From the NCBI GenBank assembly GCA_963770895.1, contig CAVYRF010000001.1:576001-640000 (forward strand): a DNA stretch of 64,000 nucleotides. Direction: 5' to 3'. Below are positions 26,728-38,700 of the stretch, piece after piece. The position numbers and the translations under genes are program-made. The notes below the pieces were generated by a model. That model saw only the letters and a program-made list of their open reading frames with translations. It was not told the origin of the DNA and made no database searches. This stretch comes from an uncultured Acidobacteriota bacterium (lineage in GTDB: Bacteria > Acidobacteriota > Thermoanaerobaculia > Multivoradales > UBA5704). Positions within the stretch are counted from its first letter, which is position 1; each line of letters starts with the position of its first letter.

Positions 26728-29700
26728 TCAGTGTCCTACCGGCAGGCAGCCGGTGAAGAGATCCTGGTTGAACTGGCCGCCGCCGCTGACGGAGGCGCCG
26801 ACCAGGGTGCCGTTGACGTTGCCGTTGCTGAAGTTGACCGCGGCCCGCGGCGCCAGCACCGTCGCCGGCACGCCGATGCCGGACAGCTTGAGGCTGGTCG
26901 CCTGGTAGAAGTTGAGCACCACGCCGCCGTTGCTGACGCCGGCGAGCTGGAAGCCGAAGTTCTGCATCTGGTCGCTGGTACCGTCGACGTTGACCAGCGC
27001 CGTCGAGCCGCTGGGCACCTGGATGCTGACGCCGACCGATACCGCCAGGTCGCTGCCGTGGACGCTGAAGACGTTGAGCGTCGGGTCGCTCCCCACCAGG
27101 TTGATCTGCTTCCACGGCTGCACGGTGGTGGTGCCGTTGGCCGCCAGCGTCGCCCAGTAGCTGGACAGGATGCCCAGGTTGCGGCTGGCGCCGGCGAAGT
27201 CGACCGGCTGGTCCTGCCGTGCCGCGCCGTTGGGGATGTTGACGCTGGTCAGCGCCACCGTGCCGCCGTAGACCAGGTTGCCGTGGCTCACCGTGCCGCC
27301 GTTGAAGCTCAGCGCGCCGCCGGCGATCAGCACGTCGTCGCTGCCGCCGGTCGCGGTCAGCGACTGGCCGACGCTGTAGCTGGACAGCGTCACGTTGCCG
27401 GCCGCCGCCAGGCGCCCCGCGGTGTCGGTGCCGCTCTGCGTCACGGCGCCCAGCGCGAACAGGTTGAAGCGCCCGACGACGCCCAGCGGTTCGGCGCTGC
27501 ACACCAGCGGGCAGGTGGCGCTGTCGTACGAGGTTAGCGCCGACGTCAGGCTGGCTGCCGTCTGCGCGTCGCTCGACCCCAGCACGCTGCCCAGCGGGTG
27601 CTGGCTCAGGAAGGTGTCGGCGTTGGCCGCCGGCGTCGACCCCGCGGCCGGCGCCCCCGCCGCCAGGTCGAGCCGCGTCGCCGCCAGCTGCTGGGCCAGC
27701 AGGTAGAGCGGGTCGCTGCCCTGGTACCGCAGCAGCCACAGCGCCGCGGTGGCGCTATATCCGGCGCCGCCCAGCGTCACGTTGGACAGCGTCCAGCTCT
27801 CCGGGTGATGGCGCCAGTAGCTGGGCGGCTGGGCGCAGAACGGCCGCGGCAGCAGCCTTACCTCGGCCTCGCCGCGGGCCAGCGTCGCGCCGGTGGGCGC
27901 GGTCAGCGCCAGGTCGAACACCCGGTCCACCTGGTCGGAGGCCAGACCCAGCGCCACCAGCGGCACGTCCTGCTCGACGCTGCCGGGCGAAAAGACCAGC
28001 GTCCCCGACGCCGCCTGGTAATCGGTGCCGGCCACCGCGGTGTCGTCGACGGTGGCGTAGTGCACGGAGACCGTCTGCGTCGCCGCGCACGACAGCAGCA
28101 CCCGCACCGACAGCGCCTGCTGCTGGCCGGCCGCCGGCGTCGCCGCCGCCGCGTCCAGCGCCGCCAGCGTCGGGGTGGCGACCGAGGTCAGCGACAGGCC
28201 GTCGAACAGCGCCTGGCCGCCGCCCCCCGCCGGCAGGCCCGACAGCAGCCGCACGCGGATCCAGCGCGTGCCGGCCGGCGCCGCCCGCTGGTCGGTCACC
28301 TGCGTCCAGGTGCCGGCGCTGGCGATCGGGCCGGAATCGAACGTGCCGAGCACGTTCTGATCGGTCAAGTCGCGGTACTCGACGACGATGCGCGCCGTGC
28401 TCGCCGCCGCGCCGCCGCCGGCGTTGACGGTGCGCACCTGGCCGCTGAACGCGAAGCTCTGGCCCGCCGCCCCCTGGATCTGCGCCGCGTAGGCGAGCAG
28501 ATCCGCGTCCTGCTTGAGCTCGCCCGCCGCGTCGCTGGTGGCGAAGTCGGCGTCGCCGTCGAACGCCGGCGGCGTGCCGCCGCCCACCTGCCAGGCGCTC
28601 CCCGTCACCACGTCCCATCCGGGGATCAGGTTGGACACCGCCGGCAGCTCGGCGCCCGGATTGACCAGCAGGTTGGCGCTGGTGCACGCCGGCGCCGGCG
28701 CAATGGTGCCGGTCGCCGTCGCCCGCGCCAGGCTGGCCCCCTGCGGCTGCGACAGCTGCACGGTGAACGTCGCGTCGGCGCCCAGCAGCGCATCCGCCAG
28801 CACCGGCACGCTCACCGTCTGTGCCGTCACCCCCGGCGCAAAGTTGAGCACGCCGCCGACCGGCAGGAAATCGACGCCTGCGATCGCCGTGCCGGCGGCC
28901 GTCAGGTAGTTGACGCTCACCGTGCCGCTGGCCGGCGACGACAGCGTCACCGGGAACTGCGCCGCCACCTCGCCGCTCGCCGGCTGCGTCACCGTCACGT
29001 CGGCGATCGACAGCGCGGCCGCCGCCGCCGCGATGGTGAAGCCGACGCTCTCCTGCGCCTGGTTGCCCGCCGCATCGGTCGCCGTCACCGCCAGCATGTA
29101 GCTGCCCGCGGCGCTCACCGTCGTGCCGGAGGTGAACGGCTGGCCGTTCAACGTGATCGCCTGCGTCCCCGGATGCGCATCGGTCACCGTCACCACCGGC
29201 GTCACCGGCGCCGCGTAGGTGCCGCCGTTGCTCACTCCGGTGACGCTGATCGCCGGCGGCGTCTTGTCGATCGTGAACGTGATCGTGGCGCTCGCCGTAT
29301 TGCCGGCCGCATCGGTGGCCGACACCGCCAGCGTGTAGCTGCCTTCCGCCGACACCGCCGTGCCCGACGTGAACGGCTGCCCGTTCAAGGTGATCGTGGT
29401 CTGGGTCACCGGCTGCGCGTCGGTCACCGTGATCACCGGCGTGACCGTGGCGTTGTACAGCCCGCCGTTGGTCACCCCGGTGACGCCGATCGCCGGCGCC
29501 GTCTTGTCGATCGTGAACGCGATCGTCGCGTTCGCCGTGTTGCCCGCCGCGTCGGTCGCCGCCACCGCCAGCGTGTAGCTGCCCGCCGCCGACACCGGGG
29601 TCCCGGAGGTAAACGGTTGCCCGTTCAAAGTGATCGTCTGCGTCCCCGGATGCGCATCCGTCACCGTGATCGCCGGCGTCACGGTGGCGTTGTAGACCCC

Positions 29701-32700
29701 GTTGTTGCTCACCCCGGTGACCGCGATCGCCGGCGGCGTCTTGTCGATTGCGAAGGCAATCGTTGTATTCGCCGTGTTGCCGGCCGCATCCGTGGCCGCT
29801 ATCGCCAGCGTATAGCTGGCTTCCGCCGACACCGCCGTACCCGACGTGAACGGCTGCCCGTTCAAGGTGATCGTGGACTGCGTCACCGGCTGCGCGTCGT
29901 TGACGGTCACCACCGGCGTGACCGCGGCGTTGTACACCCCACCGTTGGTGACCCCGCTGACGCTGATCACCGGCGCCGTCTTGTCGATCACAAATCCGAC
30001 GGACGTGCTGGCGGTGTTGCCCGCCGTGTCGGTTGCGGTCACCGCCAGCGTGTAGCTGCCCGCCGCCGACACCGCGGTCCCCGAGGTAAACGGTTGCCCG
30101 TTCAAAGTGATCGTCTGCGTACCCGGATGCGCCTCCGTCACCGTGATCACCGGCGTCACGGTGGCGTTGTACACCCCGCCGTTGCTCACGCCGCTGACGC
30201 TGATCACCGGCGGCGTCTTGTCGATCACGAATGCGACCGTTGTGTTGGCCGTATTGCCGGCCGCGTCCGTAGCCGTCACCGCCAGCGTGTAGCTGCCTTC
30301 CGCCGACACCGGCGTCCCGGAGGCAAACGGCTGGCCATTCAGAGCGATGCTCTGCGTCCCCGGATGCGCATCGCTCACCGTCACGACCGGCGTCACCGCA
30401 CCGTTGTACACCCCGCCGTTGCTGACCCCGGTGACGGCGATCGCCGGCGGGGTGGTGTCGATGGCGAAGGTGACGCTGGCGCTGGCCTGGCTGCCCAGGG
30501 CGTCGGTCACCGCGACCGCCAGGGTGTGGCTGCCCTCCGCCGCCACCGCGGTCCCCGACGCGAACGGCTGGCCGTCCAGGGTGATGGTCGCGGTGTAGGT
30601 CGGCGTCGAGGCGGTGACGGTGACGACCGGCGTCACCGGCGCGTTGTACAGACCGCCCTGCTGGACGCCGGAGATGGCGATGGTGGGCGGCGAGGAGGCG
30701 ACGGTGAACGTCACGGTCGCGCTGCTGCCGGTGTTGCCGGCCGCGTCGGTCGCCTGCGCCTGCAGGGTGTGGCTGCCGGTGGCCAGGCCGGTCAGGCTGG
30801 CGGACCAGGTGGCGGTGGCCGGGTTGGAGATCGCCATCGCGATCGCCGCGGCGCCGTCCAGGCTCAGCGTGACGGTGGCGATCGTCGACAGCGGGTCGGT
30901 GGCGGTGACCAGCACGGTCAACGCGCTGGCCGTGGTGGCGCCGCCGGCCGGCTGCTGGATGGCGACCGTGGGCGCCGTGCGGTCGTAGACGGTGAAGCCG
31001 ACCAGCGCCAGGGTGACGGTCTGCACGCCGCCGCCGCCGCCGCCCGCCGCCGGCAGGTCGGCCTCCAGCACCGCCAGGCGGTTGCCGAGCCCCAGCGCCT
31101 TGCTATCGAAGCTGGCGCTGCCCGCGCCGCTGCCGCCCGCCGCCAGGTTGACGGTCGCGGCCTGCCGCGCCAGCTCCTGGCCGGAGGAGGCGTCCAGCAC
31201 GCGCACCCGCACCGGCAGCTGCGCCAGCGCCGCGGCGCCGCCGTTGTGCAACGTGTAGCTGGCGGCGACCGGCTGACCCCACGAGGGCGCGCGGTCGCTC
31301 AGCGCGAGCGTTCCGGTCACCGCCGTCGCCGCCGACGTCAGGCTGATCTGCGTCGCGGCGCTGGCCGCGGCCTGGCCGCCGTCGAGCACCGTCGCCGTGA
31401 CCTGGTAGGCGCCGGGGACGGCGCCGCCGCTCGCCCAATTGACGCTCACCGTCCCCTGGCCGCCCGGCAGCAGGACGCCCAGCGGCTGCGTCCAGTCGCC
31501 GACGACCGGCGGCGTGCCGCCCGTTCCCCCCGTCGCCCCCGCCGGTCCCAGCACCTGGAGGTGCACCTGCAGGCCGGCGAGCGGCGCGTTCCCCGCCGGG
31601 TAGCCGACCTGCGCCGTGACGTGGACGCCGGCCCCCACCGCGTACGAGGCGTTGTCGGTGGTCACGGCGACGGTCAGCTGCTCCGCCGCGGCGATGGCAA
31701 AGGGCGCCGTCGCCTCCGCCACGCTCTGGCCGCTGCCGTCCAGGAGCTTGACGTCGACCAGATAGGAGCCGGCGAAGGTCGAGCCGACGTTCCAGGTCAC
31801 CGCCTGGCTCAGCTGCTGGCCGTACGCCAGGTTGCCGGTGGCGATCGCCGGCAGCGTCGTCACCGCCACGCCCTGGGTGTCCTCGATCGTCACCACCAGC
31901 TGGCCGCTGAACGGATCGCTGCCGTTGAACACGGTCACCGTCGCGGTGAGCGTGGCGCCGGCGGCGTAGCTCGCCTGGTCGGTGGTCACGCCGACCACCG
32001 GCGGCCCCTGGTTGACCACCTGGAAGGCGATCTGCGCCTGGTCGTTGGCGCGCGTCAGCTCCTGCACCTGCTGCTGCGGGTCGACCTGCGCCACCAGGTT
32101 CCAGGCGCCGGCGGCGCCGTCGATCGACCCGTCCTGCTGCACGGTCGCGGCGCCGCCCGGCGCGATCGCCGGCACCGCCAGGGCGGTGGCGAGCGCCACC
32201 TGCGCGCCGCCCGGCCCGTAGGCGGTGAGCGCCAGGGTGGTGGCCGGCGACGCCGCCGGCCCCTGGTTGTGCACCGTCGCCGTCACCCGCACCGTCTGGC
32301 CCGGCAGTGGCGCCACCGGCAGCAGCGCCAGGTCGGCGGCCCCGATCGCCAGGTCGGGCAGGTCGGCCGCCGTGCGATGCACCACGCGCGGCGCCGACAC
32401 GGCGCTCAGGTTGCCAGCGGCGTCGCGCGCCGTGGCGGTGAAGCCGTTGTCGCCCAGGACCAGCGGCATCGCCGGCACGGCGAAGCGCCCCGCCGGCGCG
32501 ACGCGGAACTCGTCGCCGGCCGCCGCCAGCAGGTAGCCGCCCGGCACCCAGGCCAGGTCCTGCGCCCCCGCCGCCTGGCCGCCGAGCGACGACAGGGTCG
32601 CGACCGGCGGCGCCGGCCCGCCGGCGACGTACGGCGTGACCGCGCCCGCCACCAGGCCGGCCGCCGCGACGTATGCCAGGGTGCCGCCGTCGGGCGACAG

Positions 32701-35700
32701 CTGCGGCAGCAGCGGCCCGCCCTGGACGCTGGTCAGGTCCGCCGTGGCGCCGCTGGCCAGCACCGTCAGCCGCACCTTTTCGCCGCCCGCCGCCTGCGCC
32801 TCGGTGTAGACGACGGCGCTGCCGTCCGGCGCGAAGCTCGGCCGGCCCGAGCCGGGGCTGGCCTCGATCAGCGTCGCGGCGTTGGGCGCCGCCACCTGCA
32901 CCACCACCAGCCCGGCCGCCCCCGCTCCCGCCCCGCCGGTCCCCGCGGCGCCGTCCGGCGCCGGCCCGACGTAGGCCAGCCACGACCCTTCGGGCGACCA
33001 CACCAGCGTCCCCGGCGTCACCTGCGTCGGATCGATGGCCGCCACCAGCGTCCAGCTGGCCGCCGCCGCGTCCAGCACCCACAGCCCTGCCTGGCCGCCC
33101 TGCGACCCCAGCACCGCCACCCGGTCGTTGTCCGGCGCCGAGGCCAGGCCGTCCGCCCAATCGAGCGCGCCCAGCGTCGCCGTCGCCGCGCCGGCGAAGC
33201 GGTACGACTGGACCGCCGCGCCGCCGCCCGCCGTCACCGCCAGCAGCAGCCCGCGCCCGTCCGCCATCCAGGCCAGGCTCTCCGCCCCGGCGCTCGCCGC
33301 CAGCGCCGAGCTGACCGGTCCGCCCGCGGCGTCGAAGTCGTACACCGTCGCCGAGGACCCCGGCCGGCCCGACGCCGGCAGCAGCAGGTACCGCCCGTCC
33401 GGCGACGGCACCGGCAGCGTCGCGGCGGCCAGCCCGGCGGCGTCGGTCACCGCCGCCGCCGCCAGCGCCTGGGTGCTGGCGACCGCGCCGCCGGCCGCCG
33501 GCGTCACCACCACCGTGGCGCCCGGCTCGGCGCTGCCGGCCAGGTCGGCGTTGTCGTCCGCCGTCTGCAGCCCGAGCGTCGAGATCGCCGGGAACGTCAG
33601 CACCGGCGGCGCCGGCGGCGTGGTGTCCGCCGGCACGCCGCTGGCTTCGTTGGACGGCGCGCTGGCGTTGCCGGCGCCGTCCACCGCCACCACGACGTAG
33701 AAGTAGCGCGTGCCGTTGGTCAGGCCGCCGTCGGTGTCGGGCGATCCCGGCACCGTCGCCACCACCTGGTACGGCCCGCCAGCCGTCGTGCCGCGCTCCA
33801 CCTGGAACGCCGTTCCGGCCGGCGTCCCCGCCGTCCACGCCAATTGCAGCGCGCCGCCCGTCGCCACCGCCGTCACCGTCAGGCCGGACGGCGCCCCCGG
33901 CGCCGTGACGTCGACCGTCACCGCCGCCACGTTGGACGGCACGCTGACGTTGCCCAGCGCGTCCACCACCTGGACCGTGTAGTGCCAGATGCCGTTGGGC
34001 CGCCCGGCGTCGGTGTAGGCGGTGGTGCCGGGATCGACCGTCGCGATCTGCGTGCCTTCGCGCAGCACCAGGTAGCTGGCGACGCCGGGCGAAGCGCTGG
34101 CCGTCCAGGTCAGCCCCACGTCGGCGCCGATCGCCGCGCCCGACAGCGTCACCGGCGCCGGCGGCGTGACGTTGCCGACGCCGACCGTCGCCGGCGCGGA
34201 CGGCTGGCTCTCCAGGCCGAGCTGCCCGACCGCGATCACCTGGTAGCTGTGGGTGCCGTTGGTCGCGGTGTCGGTCGCCGTCGTGGCGGTGGTCAGCGGA
34301 TGCTGGTAGATCCGCATCTCGGCCAGCCACGGCTGGGCCGACGTCGCCACCAGGTGCAGCCGCATCTTCTGCGTCAGGTAGCGCTGCCCGAGCGGCACCA
34401 CCGTGGTGGCGGCGGCGTCGCCGCGCACCGCCGCCAGCGGCACCCACACCCGGCCGTCCCACCCCTGGATGTCGAAGTCGCCGGGGTTCTGCGGCGTGCC
34501 GCCGTCAGGCGCCCAATCCAGCTCCACCCCCGCCACCAGGCGCGTCACCGGCCAGTCGATCTCCAGCCACTGGTTGCTCAGGTCGGGGTCGCTGCCGTAC
34601 TGCGGCACCCAATAGGTCGTCTCGTCGCCGTCGATCGCCGCCGAGGCGTCATCAGCCTGGCCGGCGGCCGGGCTGGACGCCGCCGCCGTCCACGGCGTGT
34701 CGACCGGCACCGGCGCCGGCGCCGGGTTGCCGTCGCGCAGCAGCCGGTAGCCCAGGACGTTGTCCGCCGCCGGGTTGGCGTTCCAGCCGAGCGCCGCCGT
34801 CAGGCCGCTCCCCGGCGTCGCCGTCAGGCCGGTCGGCTGCGACGGCGGATCGGCGGTCAGCACCGGCACCGCCGCCGTCTTGCTGACGTTGCCCGCCGTG
34901 TCGGTGGCGGACACCGTGATCTGGCTGTCGCCGCGCGCGAGCGGCACCGCCGCGAAGTTGAAGTTGCCGCCTGGATCGGCGGTCACCGCCGCCAGCGGCG
35001 TGGTGCCGCCGCCGGTCAGCGCCACGCTGCCGCCCACCTGCGCCCCTGCCGCGGCGTTGCCGCCGGCGAGCGCCGTCGCCGTGGCGCTGGTCGGCGTGTA
35101 GGGCTGCACCAGGACCGGCGTGTAGACCACCGCCGCGGCCGGCCCCGCCGGCGCCGAGGCGTTGCCCGCCTGGTTGACCGCGGTGACCGTGTAGGCGTAG
35201 GTGCCGTCGGCCACGCCGGTATCGGCGAAGGTGGTGCCGGCGAGCGGCGTCGCCGCCACGTGCGCCACCGTGCCGTCGGCCGCCGTGCGGTCGACCAGGT
35301 AGCCCGCCAGGTCGGCGGGCACCGGCGTCCCGGCGGTCCAGGTCAGCGTCACCGTGCCGCCCGCCACCAGTGCCACGAGCGCGGTCGGCGCCGGCGGCTG
35401 CTCCAGGTTCTTGCGCGTCACCGCGATCGGCGTCGGCGCCGGATCGGTGCGCCCGCCGGCGTCGGTCGCCACCGCCTGGATCATGTAGTTGCCGTAGGCG
35501 ACGGTGGTGCCGTCCCACACCGTCTCCCAGGGCGGCGAGGCCACCGGCGCGCCCAGGTTGTTCCACCCGGTCGCCCCCGCCGGCTGCCACTGGAACTGCA
35601 CGCTGACCACGTCCAGGTCCGGCGTCGTGCCGACGATCTGCAGGCTGTTCTGGAACAGCGCCCCCGCCGCCGGCTGGGTGATGACGACGTGCGGCGGGTG

Positions 35701-38700
35701 GTTGTCCAGCGTCGCCTGCGCCGGCGCCGACGGCGCGCTCTGGTTGCCGGCGGTGTCGACGGCGTAGACGACGTAGGTGAAGGTGCCGTCGGGCAGCGCC
35801 TGGTCGTTGAAGGACGGGCTGGTCAGCAGGTACGGCGTCAGGTCGCCGAGCACCGTGCCGGTGGCGTTGGCCAGCTTGCCGTTGCGGTACAGCAGGTAGC
35901 CGGCCAGGTCGCTTTCGCTGTTGGCGTTCCACGCCACCTGGATGTTGCTCCCCGATGGCGTGGCGGTCAGTCCGGTGGGCGCCGCCGGCGGCGTGTTGTC
36001 GGTCGTCACCGTCACCTGCGCGGTGGCGGTGTTGCCGGACACGTCTTCGACCACCAGCTTGAGGGTGAACGACGACCCGTCGGGCAGCGCCGTGGTGTCC
36101 CACTCCGCCAGCTCCGCTCCCAGCACCGGCACCGGCGACGTGCGCAGCAGCTGCTGCGAGCCGCTGCCGTCGTTGCCCAGGGCGTAGACGCTGTACTGCT
36201 TGAAGCCGGTCGTCTTGCTCGCGGTGCCGACGATGCTCACCAGGCCGCCGGCGTGGCCGCCGTTGCGCGGCTTCGAGATCAGCGCCACCGGCATCGACAG
36301 GTCGACCGTGGCGTCGGCCGGGGCGGACGGCGCGCTGGCCAGCCCCGCCTGGTCGACGGCCACCACGGTGTAGACGTAGGTGCCCTGCGGCACGCCGGCG
36401 TCGTCGTACGACAGGGTGGTGACCAACTGCTGCGGATCGAGCAGCACGCCGTTGCGATAGACCCGGTAGCCGGCGATCGCCACCACGTCGCCGCCGCTGC
36501 CGGGCCCGCCCGGGCTCGCCAGCCACGACAGCTGGACGGTCTGCTGGTCGACCTGCGCCGCAAGCCCCTGCGGCGCCGCCGGCGGCTGGGTGTGCACGGT
36601 GACCTGCACCATCGCCTGCGACTGGTTGCCGGCCTTGTCGGTCGCGGTCAGCCGCAGCGTCGCCACGCCGTCGGGCGGCAGCGCCATCCACTGCGCCAGC
36701 AGGCCGGCGTTGACCGGGCTGGCGCCCACGCCGACGGTCGAGAACTGCTGCGACGACCCCTTGGGGCCCGGCGCCACCGCCAGCGTGTACTGCAGCAGGT
36801 TGGCGTCCTGCACGGTGCCGAAGACGTTCATCGGCCCGGTCACGTAGCTGCCGTCGGCGGGCAGGGTGATGCCCACCGCCGGCGGCGTGTTGTCGACGGT
36901 CACCGCCACCTGCGCCTGGCCGGTCTGCCCCGCCAGGTCCTGCGCGTAAAGCCGCAGCGTGTAGGCGCCGTCCGGCACCCCCGAAGGCGTCCAGGCCACC
37001 GCCGGCGACGGCACCGGCAGCGTCGTGCCGCTGCCGAGCGTGGTCCAGCCGCCGGGCTGCGCGCCGGCGCCCAGCTGCACCTGCCAGCTCTGGATGTGGG
37101 CTTCGACGACGCTGCCGGTGACCGCCAGCGGCCCGCCCACCGCGCCCACCACCGACCCGGCGGCCGGCGCGGTCAGCGTCGCCACCGGCGGCGTCGAATC
37201 GATGGTGAAGGGAATGATCTGCTCGACCTGGATCTGGCCGGCGTCGGCCGCGTCGACCTTCAGGGCGTAGCTGCCTTCCGCCAGGCCCGCCAGGCTGCCG
37301 AGCGGCGCCGCCACGACGTTGGACGTGCCGCTGGCGATCTGCGTCCACGCCGGCGCCTGTGGCGTGGCGGTGATCGACACGCTCCAGCTCGCCAGGTGGA
37401 CGTCGGTGATGCTGCCCAGGATGCTGCCGGTCGGCGTGACGTAGCCGCCGCTCGTCGGGCGCGTCACCACCACCGCCGGCGGCGTGCGGTCCAGCACCAC
37501 CGAGATCGTCTGGGTTTCGGCAAACGCCGAGTTGGCCGTCGCCGCCGCCACCAGCACGACGTTGTAGGTGCCGTCCGCGGCCGGCTGGCCGCCGTCCGTG
37601 GTGCCGTCCCAGCTGGCGGCGGCCGCCCCGGCCGCTTCGCCGGCGCCGCTGAGCAGCGTGCGCACCGGGTTGCCGCTCGTATCCTTGACGAGCAGCGCGA
37701 CGGTGGCGGGCACCCCCAGCCCGAAGGTGATCGCGGCCGTGTCCAGGCGCCCGTCGCCGTTGGGCGAGAACAGGTGCGGCTGGGCGGCGATGTCGGTGAT
37801 CAGGTCGACCGCGTTGGCGATGGCGAGCGGCACCACCACCTGCGACGTGTTGCCGCCCAGGTCGGTGGCGCGCAGCCGCAGCAGGTAGGATCCCGACAGG
37901 CCGAAGGTGTTCCAGGCGCCCAGGAAGTCGTGGTTCACGTTGCTGTTGCCGGTGGCGATGACGGCGAAGTTGGCGGGGGCGCTGGCGGCGGCGTAGTCGA
38001 GCACCCAATTGGCGATGTACAGGTCGGTGACCAGCCCCTGGACCTGGATCACCAGCGGCAGCGGATCGGTCGTCTGCGGGAAATCGATCGCCACCTGCGG
38101 CGGCGTGGTGTCCACCGCGACGCACTGCGCCACCTGCGCTACGTTGCCGCAGGAATCGTCGGTGAAGCTGGCGACGAACCGGTACAGGCCATCCGCCACC
38201 GGCGTCCCCGTGTTGTCCATTCCGTCCCAGGTCAACGGCACCGGGGTCGACGCCACGGCGATCCCCGAGGCCAGCTGGCGCAACGGGCCGCCGTTGTTCA
38301 GGCAGTCGCCGTTGGAATCGATGGTCGCCGGATAGACTGTCAGGTTCACGTGCGTCGGCTCGCCCGCCTGCAAGCTGATCCCGTCGGTGTCCAGCACGCC
38401 ATCCTTGTTGGGCGAGAACACGGCCGGCGCCACGGTCAGCATCGGCTGGTCGACCGAAGCGTCGACGGTGAACGTCGTGGTGGTGCACTCGGTGTAGCCG
38501 CTGGCGTTGGCGATGCCCAGCTCCAGCGTCATCGGGCCGCTCATGTTGCACACGTTGCCCACGGCGCCGGCGGCCAGGGGCACCGAGAAAGCGCAGAGCC
38601 CGGGTGAACCGGTCACCGGCACGTTCAGCGCCATCGGTACCGCCGACCCGTGGTTCTCGTAGCCGTTGGAATAGAGCGCCCAGGAGGTTGCGCCGCTGAC

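Noticed and set aside
26714-27739. 342-aa N-terminal extension of the Rhs ORF in the track (4223 aa)
   Set aside because: It overlaps the upstream gene in another frame. A good RBS and ATG exist at 26713.
27598-38607. Very long + strand ORFs (3669, 1792, 1560 aa and others) opposite the giant genes
   Set aside because: These are antisense shadows of high-GC coding sequence. They are Arg/Gly-rich with no motifs, and stops are rare in these frames.
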